A stretch of DNA of 64,000 nt. Source: Minisyncoccia bacterium. Lineage in GTDB: Bacteria; Patescibacteriota; Minisyncoccia; Phycocordibacterales; DATDWN01. The stretch covers positions 108,610-172,609 of the forward strand of contig JBAQTF010000010.1 of assembly GCA_049296855.1 (NCBI GenBank), read 5' to 3'. The notes beneath the pieces are model-generated. The model was not told the origin of the DNA and did not search any database. It worked only from the letters and a program-made list of their open reading frames with translations. Within the stretch, counting starts at the first letter, position 1; each line of letters starts with the position of its first letter. Positions 9,354-17,424 of this stretch are shown here, one piece after another. Both the position numbers and the translations under genes were made by a program.

Positions 9354-9635
9354 ATGAAAAAAGACCTAAATAATATTTTAAAACATCCTCATGTCACAGA
9401 AAAGGCTTCTTTCAAATCAGAAACTGGAGTTTATGTCTTTAATATTGACCCAAAGTCTACAAAAGCACAGGTGACAGAAGCTTTTAAAGAAAAATATAAA
9501 TTTTCTCCAGTGAAAGTTTCTACTGTAACTATACCAGCAAAACGAGTATTTGTACGAGGAAAAATTGGAAAGAAATCAGGTTACAAAAAGGCATATATAT
9601 ACCTAAAGAAAGGGGATAAAATAGAAACATTGTAA
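9354..9635 (+). CDS. rplW: 50S ribosomal protein L23
   Basis: The size and sequence are L23-like, and the position follows L4. Confidence 0.85.
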   Translation: MKKDLNNILKHPHVTEKASFKSETGVYVFNIDPKSTKAQVTEAFKEKYKFSPVKVSTVTIPAKRVFVRGKIGKKSGYKKAYIYLKKGDKIETL

Positions 9636-9651
9636 TTCCTAATTTATAAAC

Positions 9652-10494
9652 ATGAAACGATATAAACCAACATCAAAATCTCGCCGAGGAATGACAACTA
9701 TTTCTTTTGGTGATTTCATAACTACAAACGAACCTGAGAAATCTTTGACTCACGGTTTTAGACGCCTTATGGGACGAAACCATCATGGTCATATTACAAC
9801 TCGCCACAAAGGAGGAGGTCACAAAAGACTTTTCCGTGAGATTGATTTTCGATACAACAAAATAAACGTCCCATATACAATCAAAACCGTCGAGTATGAT
9901 CCGAACAGAAGTGGATTTATCGGTCTTGCTCAATACAAAGACGGTGAAAAAAGATATGTCCTACTTCCGAGTTCAGTTAAAGTAGGAGATGTTCTTGTAA
10001 CATCTGAAAATGCAGAACAGAAAACTGGAAATAGACTACAACTCAAAAATATAAACGTTGGTACCTTTGTTTACAACGTAGAAGTAAAGCCTCAGGGTGG
10101 TGCAAAACTTGCCCGTTCTGCTGGAAACTATGTAGAAGTCATTGCAAAAGATGCTGGGTATGTTGATATCAAACTTCCTTCAACAGAAGTAAGAAAAATA
10201 AAAGACACAGCATGGGCATCTATCGGGGATGTTTCAAACAACGAGAATCGTCTAGTAAATCTAGGTAAAGCAGGACGTTCAAGATGGCTTGGTATTCGTC
10301 CAACAGTCCGCGGTACAGCTCAAAACCCAGTTGACCACCCATACGGAGGTGGAGAAGGTAGACAAGGCCGAGGACGCAGACGAGCAATCTCTGTATACGG
10401 TAAACCAACAGGAAAAGGCCAAAAATCTCGAACTCCAAAGAAGTACTCAAATAAATTCATTGTTTCTAGACGCCGAGTTGGAAAAAACAAATAA
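9652..10494 (+). CDS. rplB: 50S ribosomal protein L2
   Basis: It carries the L2 signature HKGGGHKR...GRNHHGHITTRHKGGG. Confidence 0.95.
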   Translation: MKRYKPTSKSRRGMTTISFGDFITTNEPEKSLTHGFRRLMGRNHHGHITTRHKGGGHKRLFREIDFRYNKINVPYTIKTVEYDPNRSGFIGLAQYKDGEKRYVLLPSSVKVGDVLVTSENAEQKTGNRLQLKNINVGTFVYNVEVKPQGGAKLARSAGNYVEVIAKDAGYVDIKLPSTEVRKIKDTAWASIGDVSNNENRLVNLGKAGRSRWLGIRPTVRGTAQNPVDHPYGGGEGRQGRGRRRAISVYGKPTGKGQKSRTPKKYSNKFIVSRRRVGKNK

Positions 10495-10571
10495 TTTCGG
10501 TCTTTTCGCTCTATAAACTAAGAAACTCTTCAAGGTTCGACCTTGAAGTAGCAACGATGATATGCCTGATT

Positions 10572-10600
10572 GACATTCCTCTGGGTTTTGTATAGTATAA
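10572..10600 (+). promoter_or_regulatory. strong promoter TTGACA-N17-TAGTAT in the rplB-rpsS intergenic region
   Basis: The -35 TTGACA is at 10572-10577, the spacer is 17 nt, and the -10 TAGTAT is at 10595-10600. Confidence 0.55.
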
Positions 10601-10606
10601 ACGCCA

Positions 10607-10685
10607 CTAAGGCTATGAGCCTTTTTACATTCTGTTTGCGGTATTAGGTAAGTCAGTACCACTAACGATGTGGTTTTTGTTTTGA
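10607..10685 (+). ncRNA. candidate small RNA or leader transcript (about 80 nt)
   Basis: It starts just after the promoter above and ends at the hairpin ccac-taacgat-gtgg (10661-10675), which is followed by tttttgtttt. It contains no ORF. Confidence 0.3.
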
Positions 10686-10828
10686 CAAATAGGCAAAATG
10701 AATTCATCTGCGTTGTTGCTGTTCAATTTTGTTCATTCACCTTACTTTTGTAAGGCTTAATCACAAAATCTCCAGCACCTAGCATCTGAATCCATTTAGC
10801 CAATTTGTCTAAGTAGACAAATTAAAAA

Positions 10829-11179
10829 ATGACAAGATCATCCAAAAAAGGTCCATACGTTGACGAACGACTCCTTAAAAAGATTGAGGGCAAGAAATCC
10901 AGTGAAACTGGGGTTATTAAGACATGGTCACGAGCATGCGTAATCTCTCCTGAAATGGTTGGGTTTATTTTTGGTGTTCACAACGGCAAAACTCACATTG
11001 AAGTCTCTGTATCTGAAGACATGGTTGGTCACAGACTAGGTGAGTTCTCTCCAACAAAGAAATTCATAAAACACGGAGGTAAAATGCAGAAAGAGCTTGA
11101 GATGAAGAAGAAAGAAGGTGAAATCGCTTCTGCCCAATCTGCAAAAGCTACAACAGCGGAAGCTGGAGCTAAAAAATAA
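10829..11179 (+). CDS. rpsS: 30S ribosomal protein S19 with a K/A-rich C-terminal extension
   Basis: The S19 core is [12 protein letters not shown]...HNGKTHIEV. Confidence 0.9.
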   Translation: MTRSSKKGPYVDERLLKKIEGKKSSETGVIKTWSRACVISPEMVGFIFGVHNGKTHIEVSVSEDMVGHRLGEFSPTKKFIKHGGKMQKELEMKKKEGEIASAQSAKATTAEAGAKK

Positions 11180-11184
11180 TTATT

Positions 11185-11607
11185 ATGAAAACAGCCAAAG
11201 CAACACTTTCAAGTTTCCGACAAGCTCCTCGTAAAATGCGAATGGTTGTTAATGCTGTAAGAGGGAAAAAAGTTTCCGAAGCTTTAGTCAATTTGGACTT
11301 TATCGCCAAAAAAGCTTCTCTCCCAGTAAAAACTCTTATAATGTCGGCTCTAGCAAATGCAAAAGCTCTTGATATTCCAACAGAGAACTTAATTATAAAA
11401 ACTATAAAAGTAGATGGAGGCGCTATCCTATATAGACGACGTCCAGCAGCTAGGGGGAGTGCTCATCCTATACGAAAGAGAACTTCTAGTATTTTTGTAG
11501 AGCTAGGTGAGGCAATTAGTAAAAAGAAAGTTAAAGTTGTAAAAGAAACTCCAAAGGCTGAAGTAGTTGCACCAAAAGAAAAGACTAAAAAATCAATAAA
11601 GAAATAA
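11185..11607 (+). CDS. rplV: 50S ribosomal protein L22 with a C-terminal extension
   Basis: The sequence is L22-like and the gene order is conserved. Confidence 0.9.
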   Translation: MKTAKATLSSFRQAPRKMRMVVNAVRGKKVSEALVNLDFIAKKASLPVKTLIMSALANAKALDIPTENLIIKTIKVDGGAILYRRRPAARGSAHPIRKRTSSIFVELGEAISKKKVKVVKETPKAEVVAPKEKTKKSIKK

Positions 11608-11608
11608 A

Positions 11609-12271
11609 ATGACACATACCGTACATCCATACTCACATAGACTAGGCATCATAAGAGATTGGAAATCTCGATGGTTTGGTGTAAAAAATAAATACAAAGA
11701 ATTTTTGAAAAGTGATGTCCTTTTGCGTGAATATCTTGAGAAAAAACTTCGTGGAATGTATGTCAGTAATATCGAGATGGAGAGGGGAGAAAAAATTCTA
11801 AGAATTATTATCGAGACTTCACGACCTGGTATGATAATCGGTCGTTCAGGAGATGGCGCAGTGAAATTAAAGAACGATGTACTGGCTTTTCTCGCTAAAT
11901 ACAAACTTTCTTCAGGTGGAGAAGTTAAAATTGACATAAAAGAAATAAAATCCCCAGAGTCTAATTCAGCTATTGTTGCTCAGATGATTGCAGACGGTCT
12001 TGAGAAAAGGCTTCCTTTCCGACGTGTGACAAAACAAATGGTTGAAAAAGTGATGGCTAATCGAGACGTTTTGGGAGTAAAAATAGAACTTTCAGGACGA
12101 CTTGGGGGTGCATCAATGGCTCGACAAGAAAAAATAAAGAAAGGACGAGTTCCACTTCAGACTTTCCGAGCAGATGTTGATTTCACAAAATACGAAGCAA
12201 GACTTCCATACGGTGGAATAGGAATAAAAGTTTGGATATATAAAGGAGATATTTTTTCTTCAAAAAAATAA
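11609..12271 (+). CDS. rpsC: 30S ribosomal protein S3
   Basis: It has the S3 KH domain and C-terminal domain. Confidence 0.9.
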   Translation: MTHTVHPYSHRLGIIRDWKSRWFGVKNKYKEFLKSDVLLREYLEKKLRGMYVSNIEMERGEKILRIIIETSRPGMIIGRSGDGAVKLKNDVLAFLAKYKLSSGGEVKIDIKEIKSPESNSAIVAQMIADGLEKRLPFRRVTKQMVEKVMANRDVLGVKIELSGRLGGASMARQEKIKKGRVPLQTFRADVDFTKYEARLPYGGIGIKVWIYKGDIFSSKK

Positions 12272-12286
12272 TTTCTAAAAAATACC

Positions 12287-12712
12287 ATGTTACTACCAAA
12301 AAAAGTGAAATACAGAAAGTGGCACACGATGCGAAAAAACGCTAACAAAGTTGGAGTGGCTTCTCGTGGTACAACAATTAGCTTTGGTTCACACGGTTTA
12401 AAAGCTCTCCAAGGTGCACGCATCATGTCAAACCAACTCGAAGCTGCTAGAAAAGCTCTTTCCAGAGAAGGAGGAAAAACAGGTAAGATCTGGATTCGTA
12501 TCTTTCCAGACATGCCTCTAACAAAAAAACCGGCTGAAGTAAAACTCGGTAAAGGAAAAGGAGATTTATTCGGATATTGTGCTCCTGTAAAGCCAGGACG
12601 AGTTATTTTTGAGATAGATGGTGTTACAGACGCAGTGGCTAGAGAAGCGTTACGAAAAGCTGGAACAAAGCTTCCTTTAAAGACAAAAGTAATAGCTTTG
12701 CATCATAACTAA
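12287..12712 (+). CDS. rplP: 50S ribosomal protein L16
   Basis: The L16 family sequence is recognisable. Confidence 0.9.
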   Translation: MLLPKKVKYRKWHTMRKNANKVGVASRGTTISFGSHGLKALQGARIMSNQLEAARKALSREGGKTGKIWIRIFPDMPLTKKPAEVKLGKGKGDLFGYCAPVKPGRVIFEIDGVTDAVAREALRKAGTKLPLKTKVIALHHN

Positions 12713-12717
12713 AACAA

Positions 12718-12909
12718 ATGAAAAAGCCGATGAAAAATTTAATAAAGAAAACTCCAAAAGAACTCGGGGCTCTGCTCACTGAAAAGAGCTTGGCTTTGCG
12801 AACATTTCGATTTTCTGTCGCCGGTAGTAATACACGAAATGTCAAAGAAGGAAATGCTTTGAAAAAAGATATCGCTCGAATAAAGACTTTGTTAAACCAA
12901 AAGAAATAA
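12718..12909 (+). CDS. rpmC: 50S ribosomal protein L29
   Basis: The size (63 aa) and the position fit L29. Confidence 0.8.
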   Translation: MKKPMKNLIKKTPKELGALLTEKSLALRTFRFSVAGSNTRNVKEGNALKKDIARIKTLLNQKK

Positions 12910-12923
12910 TAGAATAAAATTTT

Positions 12924-13178
12924 ATGACTACTCAAATATCAAAAAGAAAAACAATGAACGGTATTGTGACTTCAAATAAAATGAAAGATACTGTTGTCGT
13001 AGAAGTGTCACGTTTTGTAAAACATCCAAAGTATGATAAATATATCTCTATAAACAAAAAGTTTAAAGCTCACGATGCTGGAAACATGAAGAAAATAGGG
13101 GATAGGGTTACAATAGAAGAATGTGCACCCATTTCAAAAGATAAGAAATTCCGAATTATTCCGGATTCTAAAATTTAA
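12924..13178 (+). CDS. rpsQ: 30S ribosomal protein S17
   Basis: The motif GIVTSNKMKDTVVVEV...HPKYDKY is S17-like. Confidence 0.85.
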   Translation: MTTQISKRKTMNGIVTSNKMKDTVVVEVSRFVKHPKYDKYISINKKFKAHDAGNMKKIGDRVTIEECAPISKDKKFRIIPDSKI

Positions 13179-13194
13179 AATTGAAAATTATTTT

Positions 13195-13572
13195 ATGATA
13201 CAACCACGTTCAATAGTTAAAATAGCTGACAACACAGGAGCAAAGCTCGGAAGAATTTTTAAAGTGCTTGGAAGCTCAAAAAAAAGATACGCTTCGATAG
13301 GGGAGCTTGTTGTACTTTCTGTTCAAAAGGCAGAACCTCGAAAAACAACAAAGAAAAAAGATGTCTTGTACGCTATAGTTGTCAGACAAAAATCACCTTT
13401 CAGACGAAAGGATGGTTCATACTTACGTTTTGATGAAAATGCAGTTGTTATTGTCACAAAAGATGCTAAGAAAAAGGAGCCTGTAGCTGGTCGTATTTTC
13501 GGTCCAATTCCTCGAGAAATCGGTGAGGTTGGTTATCAAAAAATCATCTCTCTAGCCCCCGAAGTTGTATAA
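13195..13572 (+). CDS. rplN: 50S ribosomal protein L14
   Basis: The N-terminus [17 protein letters not shown] is canonical for L14. I chose the internal start at 13195. Confidence 0.9.
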   Translation: MIQPRSIVKIADNTGAKLGRIFKVLGSSKKRYASIGELVVLSVQKAEPRKTTKKKDVLYAIVVRQKSPFRRKDGSYLRFDENAVVIVTKDAKKKEPVAGRIFGPIPREIGEVGYQKIISLAPEVV

Positions 13573-13586
13573 TAATCTTTCAAATT

Positions 13587-13835
13587 ATGAAAATTAAAAA
13601 AGACGACAAAGTAATAGTGCTGACAGGCAAAGACAAAGGTAAAACTGGAGTCGTGTCCAAAGCTTTTCCAAAAGAAAACAGAGTCATTGTTTCTGGTATA
13701 AACGTATTAAAAGTACACCAAAAACCAAGACGATCTGGTGAGAAAGGACAGATCATAGATAAAGCAATGCCGATACACGTATCAAACGTTAAATTATCGG
13801 AGAAAAAGACAAAACAGAAACCAAAGGCAAATTAA
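13587..13835 (+). CDS. rplX: 50S ribosomal protein L24
   Basis: It has an L24 KOW motif. Confidence 0.85.
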   Translation: MKIKKDDKVIVLTGKDKGKTGVVSKAFPKENRVIVSGINVLKVHQKPRRSGEKGQIIDKAMPIHVSNVKLSEKKTKQKPKAN

Positions 13836-13891
13836 CATTAGGCGTAAGCTACAACAACAAAGAAATAAAAATCCCACTTTAAACTAAACGT

Positions 13892-14500
13892 ATGGAATCA
13901 ATCAAATCAAAAACAGAAAAAGCATTTGAAACTCTCAAAGGAGAATTTGGTTACAAAAACGCTATGCAAGCACCAAAAATAGAAAAGGTTGTGGTTTCTT
14001 GCGGTGTTGGCTCTCAGAAAGATAAAAAGAAATTAGAACTTGTTGCTGACAGACTTGCAAAAATCACTGGACAGAAACCTGTACGAAAAGGTGCAAAGAT
14101 TTCCATAGCTTCTTTCAAAGTTAGAGCCGGAGATACAGTTGGTATGCAAGTTACTCTCCGTGGAGCACGAATGTATGACTTTCTAGACAGACTAGTAAAC
14201 ATTGCCCTACCTCGAACAAAAGACTTTCGTGGTATCTCTACGAACAGTATAGACGAAATGGGCAACTACACTTTAGGAATAAAAGAGCACACCATCTTTC
14301 CAGAAACAGGAGATGAAGAGCTCAAAGACGTTTTTGGTCTTGCTGTAACGATAGTTACAAACGTATCTGACAAAAAGCAAACGAAAGCTTTTCTAACTCA
14401 CCTCGGCTTTCCTTTCAAAAAAATAGAAACGGGTAAAGAAGTCAAAGAGAAGAAAGTGGAAGTAAAACCAAAGAAGAAGGTTGTAGAAAAAGTAGCTTAA
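13892..14500 (+). CDS. rplE: 50S ribosomal protein L5 with a K-rich C-terminal extension
   Basis: The L5 family sequence is recognisable. Confidence 0.9.
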   Translation: MESIKSKTEKAFETLKGEFGYKNAMQAPKIEKVVVSCGVGSQKDKKKLELVADRLAKITGQKPVRKGAKISIASFKVRAGDTVGMQVTLRGARMYDFLDRLVNIALPRTKDFRGISTNSIDEMGNYTLGIKEHTIFPETGDEELKDVFGLAVTIVTNVSDKKQTKAFLTHLGFPFKKIETGKEVKEKKVEVKPKKKVVEKVA

Positions 14501-14555
14501 ACGGTCACTCTGGTGATCAATTTCTATTTGGCCAGTAACAACGGATAGCTTTCTA

Positions 14556-14600
14556 AAGTCAGCCTACACTCACCATCGAGTGTCGGCTGTTTCGTTTTTA
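14556..14600 (+). terminator. rho-independent terminator after rplE
   Basis: The stem cagcctacactc pairs with gagtgtcggctg over 12 bp with one mismatch. It is followed by tttcgtttttatt. Confidence 0.55.
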
Positions 14601-14629
14601 TTGACTTTCTGTATTCATATTGCTAGTAT
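14601..14629 (+). promoter_or_regulatory. promoter TTGACT-N17-TAGTAT upstream of rpsN
   Basis: The -35 is at 14601-14606 and the -10 TAGTAT is at 14624-14629, preceded by ttgc. Confidence 0.55.
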
Positions 14630-14664
14630 TACCCTCGAGCTTCAAGGCTCTATTTTTAATAGAA

Positions 14665-14850
14665 ATGGCAAAAACATCAGTTAAAGCACGGGCGGCAAAA
14701 AAGCCCAAGTTTAGTACTCGGGCAACAAACCGATGCTTTCGATGTGGACGTGGGAGGGGATTTATGAGAGACTTTGGTCTCTGCCGAATCTGCTTCCGAG
14801 AGTTGGCCAATGAGGGCAAAATCCCAGGAATTAAGAAGAGTTCTTGGTAG
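14665..14850 (+). CDS. rpsN: 30S ribosomal protein S14 type Z (Zn-ribbon form)
   Basis: The protein is 61 aa and has the Cys cluster CFRCGRGRG...CRIC. I chose the internal ATG at 14665. Confidence 0.85.
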   Translation: MAKTSVKARAAKKPKFSTRATNRCFRCGRGRGFMRDFGLCRICFRELANEGKIPGIKKSSW

Positions 14851-15043
14851 TCGCTCTGGTCTTTTTGTTCGATTTCTTCGTTTTCAGTTTTGTTTCCTCC
14901 ACGCGCAGTACGATTTGTACAGCTTGGTCACAAACAAAACCTCAAGCCTCGAACTCGAACAAAAATCCGCAGAGCTTGCACAAGTAGTTTCGGTAAGTCT
15001 TTGTTCACTAGAACGAGATACTACCAAGATATAATACAAAAAT

Positions 15044-15430
15044 ATGGATCCAGTATCAGACATGATTGTACGAATAAAGAACGCTTATGATTCAAAAAAA
15101 GAATCTGTGGTTTTACCTTGTTCAAAACTAAAACTTGCTATCCTTGATGTATTAATGAAAGAAGGATTTGTAAAATCCGTTGGGAAAAAAGGAAAGAAAA
15201 TAGCAAAATTTATTGAGGTAGGTTTAATCTACGATAACGGAACCCCTCGAGTTAGTGGAATAGAACGAGTTTCAAAAACATCAAAACGAATTTATAACAA
15301 AGTGAAAGATATAAAAAAGGTCAAAAGTGGAATCGGTTCACTAATACTTTCAACTCCAAAAGGTATTATGACAGACAAGGTAGCAAAGGAAGCGAAGGTT
15401 GGAGGCGAAGCATTGTTCAAAATCTGGTAA
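15044..15430 (+). CDS. rpsH: 30S ribosomal protein S8
   Basis: The S8 family sequence is recognisable. Confidence 0.9.
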   Translation: MDPVSDMIVRIKNAYDSKKESVVLPCSKLKLAILDVLMKEGFVKSVGKKGKKIAKFIEVGLIYDNGTPRVSGIERVSKTSKRIYNKVKDIKKVKSGIGSLILSTPKGIMTDKVAKEAKVGGEALFKIW

Positions 15431-15449
15431 AACTATATTAATTAATCAT

Positions 15450-15983
15450 ATGTCACGTATAGGAAAAAAAGTAATAGCAATTCCAAAAGGTACAGAAGTA
15501 ACAATGTCTCCTGGTGTTATTACTGTAAAAGGACCTCTTGGAACTTTGACTAAGAAATTCAAAAATGAGATTGTCATTACTATTGGAGCGACTGAAATAA
15601 CACTTATACCAAAACGAGTCACTCTAGAAAACAAGGCTTTGTGGGGAACATATGCTTCTCACATTATGAATATGATAGATGGTGTTACAAAACCATATGT
15701 TAAGAAATTAATACTTGAAGGTATTGGATACAAATCAGAGGTAAAGGGTACGAACCTAGTTTTAGCTCTTGGTTTTTCACATCCAGTTATTGTGCCGATT
15801 CCAACTACACTAAAGGTGACAGCAGAAAAGAACGTAATAACTGCCACAGGTAGTGATAAAGAAGTCGTTGGTGAGTTCGTTGCAAAAGTTCGAGCACTGA
15901 AAAAACCTGAACCTTATAAAGGAAAGGGAATGAGATACGAAGGTGAGGTAATTAAACGCAAACAGGGCAAGAAAACTGCTTAA
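15450..15983 (+). CDS. rplF: 50S ribosomal protein L6
   Basis: The N-terminus MSRIGKKVIAIPKG is canonical for L6. Confidence 0.9.
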   Translation: MSRIGKKVIAIPKGTEVTMSPGVITVKGPLGTLTKKFKNEIVITIGATEITLIPKRVTLENKALWGTYASHIMNMIDGVTKPYVKKLILEGIGYKSEVKGTNLVLALGFSHPVIVPIPTTLKVTAEKNVITATGSDKEVVGEFVAKVRALKKPEPYKGKGMRYEGEVIKRKQGKKTA

Positions 15984-16013
15984 AATAATTTCTAATTTTC
16001 AATTTCTAAAAAA

Positions 16014-16364
16014 ATGAAATCATCAAGTTTAAAAAAAGAAAAGAGGACAAGACGACATGTAAGAATACGTGCAAATATTTCTGGTACAAGTGTAATACCT
16101 CGTCTTTCTATCTTTAAATCTAACAAACACGTATCAGCTCAACTTGTTGATGATGAAAAAAATGTAACAATAGCTGGTAGTCATTCACGCAATGTAAAAG
16201 GAAAAACTATGATGGAAAAGTCAGTGCTCGTTGGAGAAGATATTGCAAAGAAAGCAGAAGCCTTGAAAGTAAAAAAAGTCGTCTTCGATCGGGGAGGCTT
16301 TATATATACTGGATGTGTTAAAGCACTTGCAGACGGTGCACGCAAAGGAGGATTGAAATTTTAG
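16014..16364 (+). CDS. rplR: 50S ribosomal protein L18
   Basis: The L18 family sequence is recognisable. Confidence 0.85.
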   Translation: MKSSSLKKEKRTRRHVRIRANISGTSVIPRLSIFKSNKHVSAQLVDDEKNVTIAGSHSRNVKGKTMMEKSVLVGEDIAKKAEALKVKKVVFDRGGFIYTGCVKALADGARKGGLKF

Positions 16365-16390
16365 AAATTGAAAATTAGAAATTAATTACT

Positions 16391-16975
16391 ATGGAACCAG
16401 ATGAAATAAAAATTGAAGAAGAAATATTGGTAGATCCTGCACCTATAACGGAAGAAGTTGCTCCTGTATCTGCACCTTCTCCTCGCGAGTTCCGAAAAAA
16501 CTCTCGAAAAGCTCATCCTAGAAGAGAAGCTCGTGTCAAACCTGAGTTTGACCAGAAAATTATAAGTATTCGCCGAGTAACTCGTGTGGTTACTGGTGGA
16601 CGAAGATTCGCTTTCTCTGTTGGTATCGTTATTGGCGACAGGAAGGGTCGTGTCGGAGTTGGATTAGGAAAAGCAGGAGATACGCCACTTGCTATCGACA
16701 AAGCTGTTAGAAATGCTAGAAAGAACATGATAAAAGTTAACTTAACAAAACATGGTAGTATTCATCACGAAGTTTTCGCAAAATATTCAAGTTCACGAGT
16801 ACTGATAATGCGAGCTCCGGGAAAAGGTATTCTCGCTGGTAGTTCTGTTCGAACTGTTCTAGAATTCGCTGGTATAAAAGAAGTAAGTAGTAAGATATTC
16901 TCTCGAAGTAAGAACAAAATAAACAATGCTAAGGCCGCAATAAAGGCATTGAAGCAGTTGAAACTAAAGAAATAA
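16391..16975 (+). CDS. rpsE: 30S ribosomal protein S5 with an N-terminal extension
   Basis: The S5 dsRBD and C-terminal domain are present. Confidence 0.9.
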   Translation: MEPDEIKIEEEILVDPAPITEEVAPVSAPSPREFRKNSRKAHPRREARVKPEFDQKIISIRRVTRVVTGGRRFAFSVGIVIGDRKGRVGVGLGKAGDTPLAIDKAVRNARKNMIKVNLTKHGSIHHEVFAKYSSSRVLIMRAPGKGILAGSSVRTVLEFAGIKEVSSKIFSRSKNKINNAKAAIKALKQLKLKK

Positions 16976-16976
16976 T

Positions 16977-17420
16977 ATGCAAACACACAATTTAAAAAGA
17001 CAGCATCCGAATAAAAAGGCACAATTAGTCGGTCGTGGCGGCACTCGTGGAAAAACATCTGGCCGTGGGACAAAAGGTCAGAACGCTAGAGCAGGTCACA
17101 AGAAACGGCCAGAAATCCGGGATTTTATTAAAAGGATTCCAAAACTTCGTGGACGAGGTAAAAACCTAAACACAACTATAGAAACTAAGCCATTGGTTGT
17201 AAATATTGGCGTCCTAAATAAATTCTTTAAAGATGGCGACATCGTTACTCCAGCTACTCTTGTAAAATCTGACATCACTCCAAAAACTGCAGGAGCTAAT
17301 CCATCTGTTAAAATACTTGCTACAGGAGAGTTAACAAAGAAATTGACATTCAAAGGATGCTTAGTCTCAGAGGGAGCAAAAGTAGCGATAGAAAAGGCTG
17401 GTGGGAAAATAATATCATAA
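16977..17420 (+). CDS. rplO: 50S ribosomal protein L15
   Basis: The L15 family sequence is recognisable. It follows rpsE directly, with no L30 gene in between. Confidence 0.85.
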   Translation: MQTHNLKRQHPNKKAQLVGRGGTRGKTSGRGTKGQNARAGHKKRPEIRDFIKRIPKLRGRGKNLNTTIETKPLVVNIGVLNKFFKDGDIVTPATLVKSDITPKTAGANPSVKILATGELTKKLTFKGCLVSEGAKVAIEKAGGKIIS

Positions 17421-17424
17421 TTTT

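Noticed and set aside
10535-10557. Hairpin cttcaagg-ttcga-ccttgaag as the rplB terminator
   Set aside because: The stem is 8 bp, but no U-tract follows. I left it uncalled.
14774-15090. Two overlapping plus-strand ORFs (86 and 66 aa) between rpsN and rpsH
   Set aside because: They cover the conserved non-coding element copy B, and the similarity to copy A is at nucleotide level across frames. I treat them as spurious ORFs over a non-coding element.
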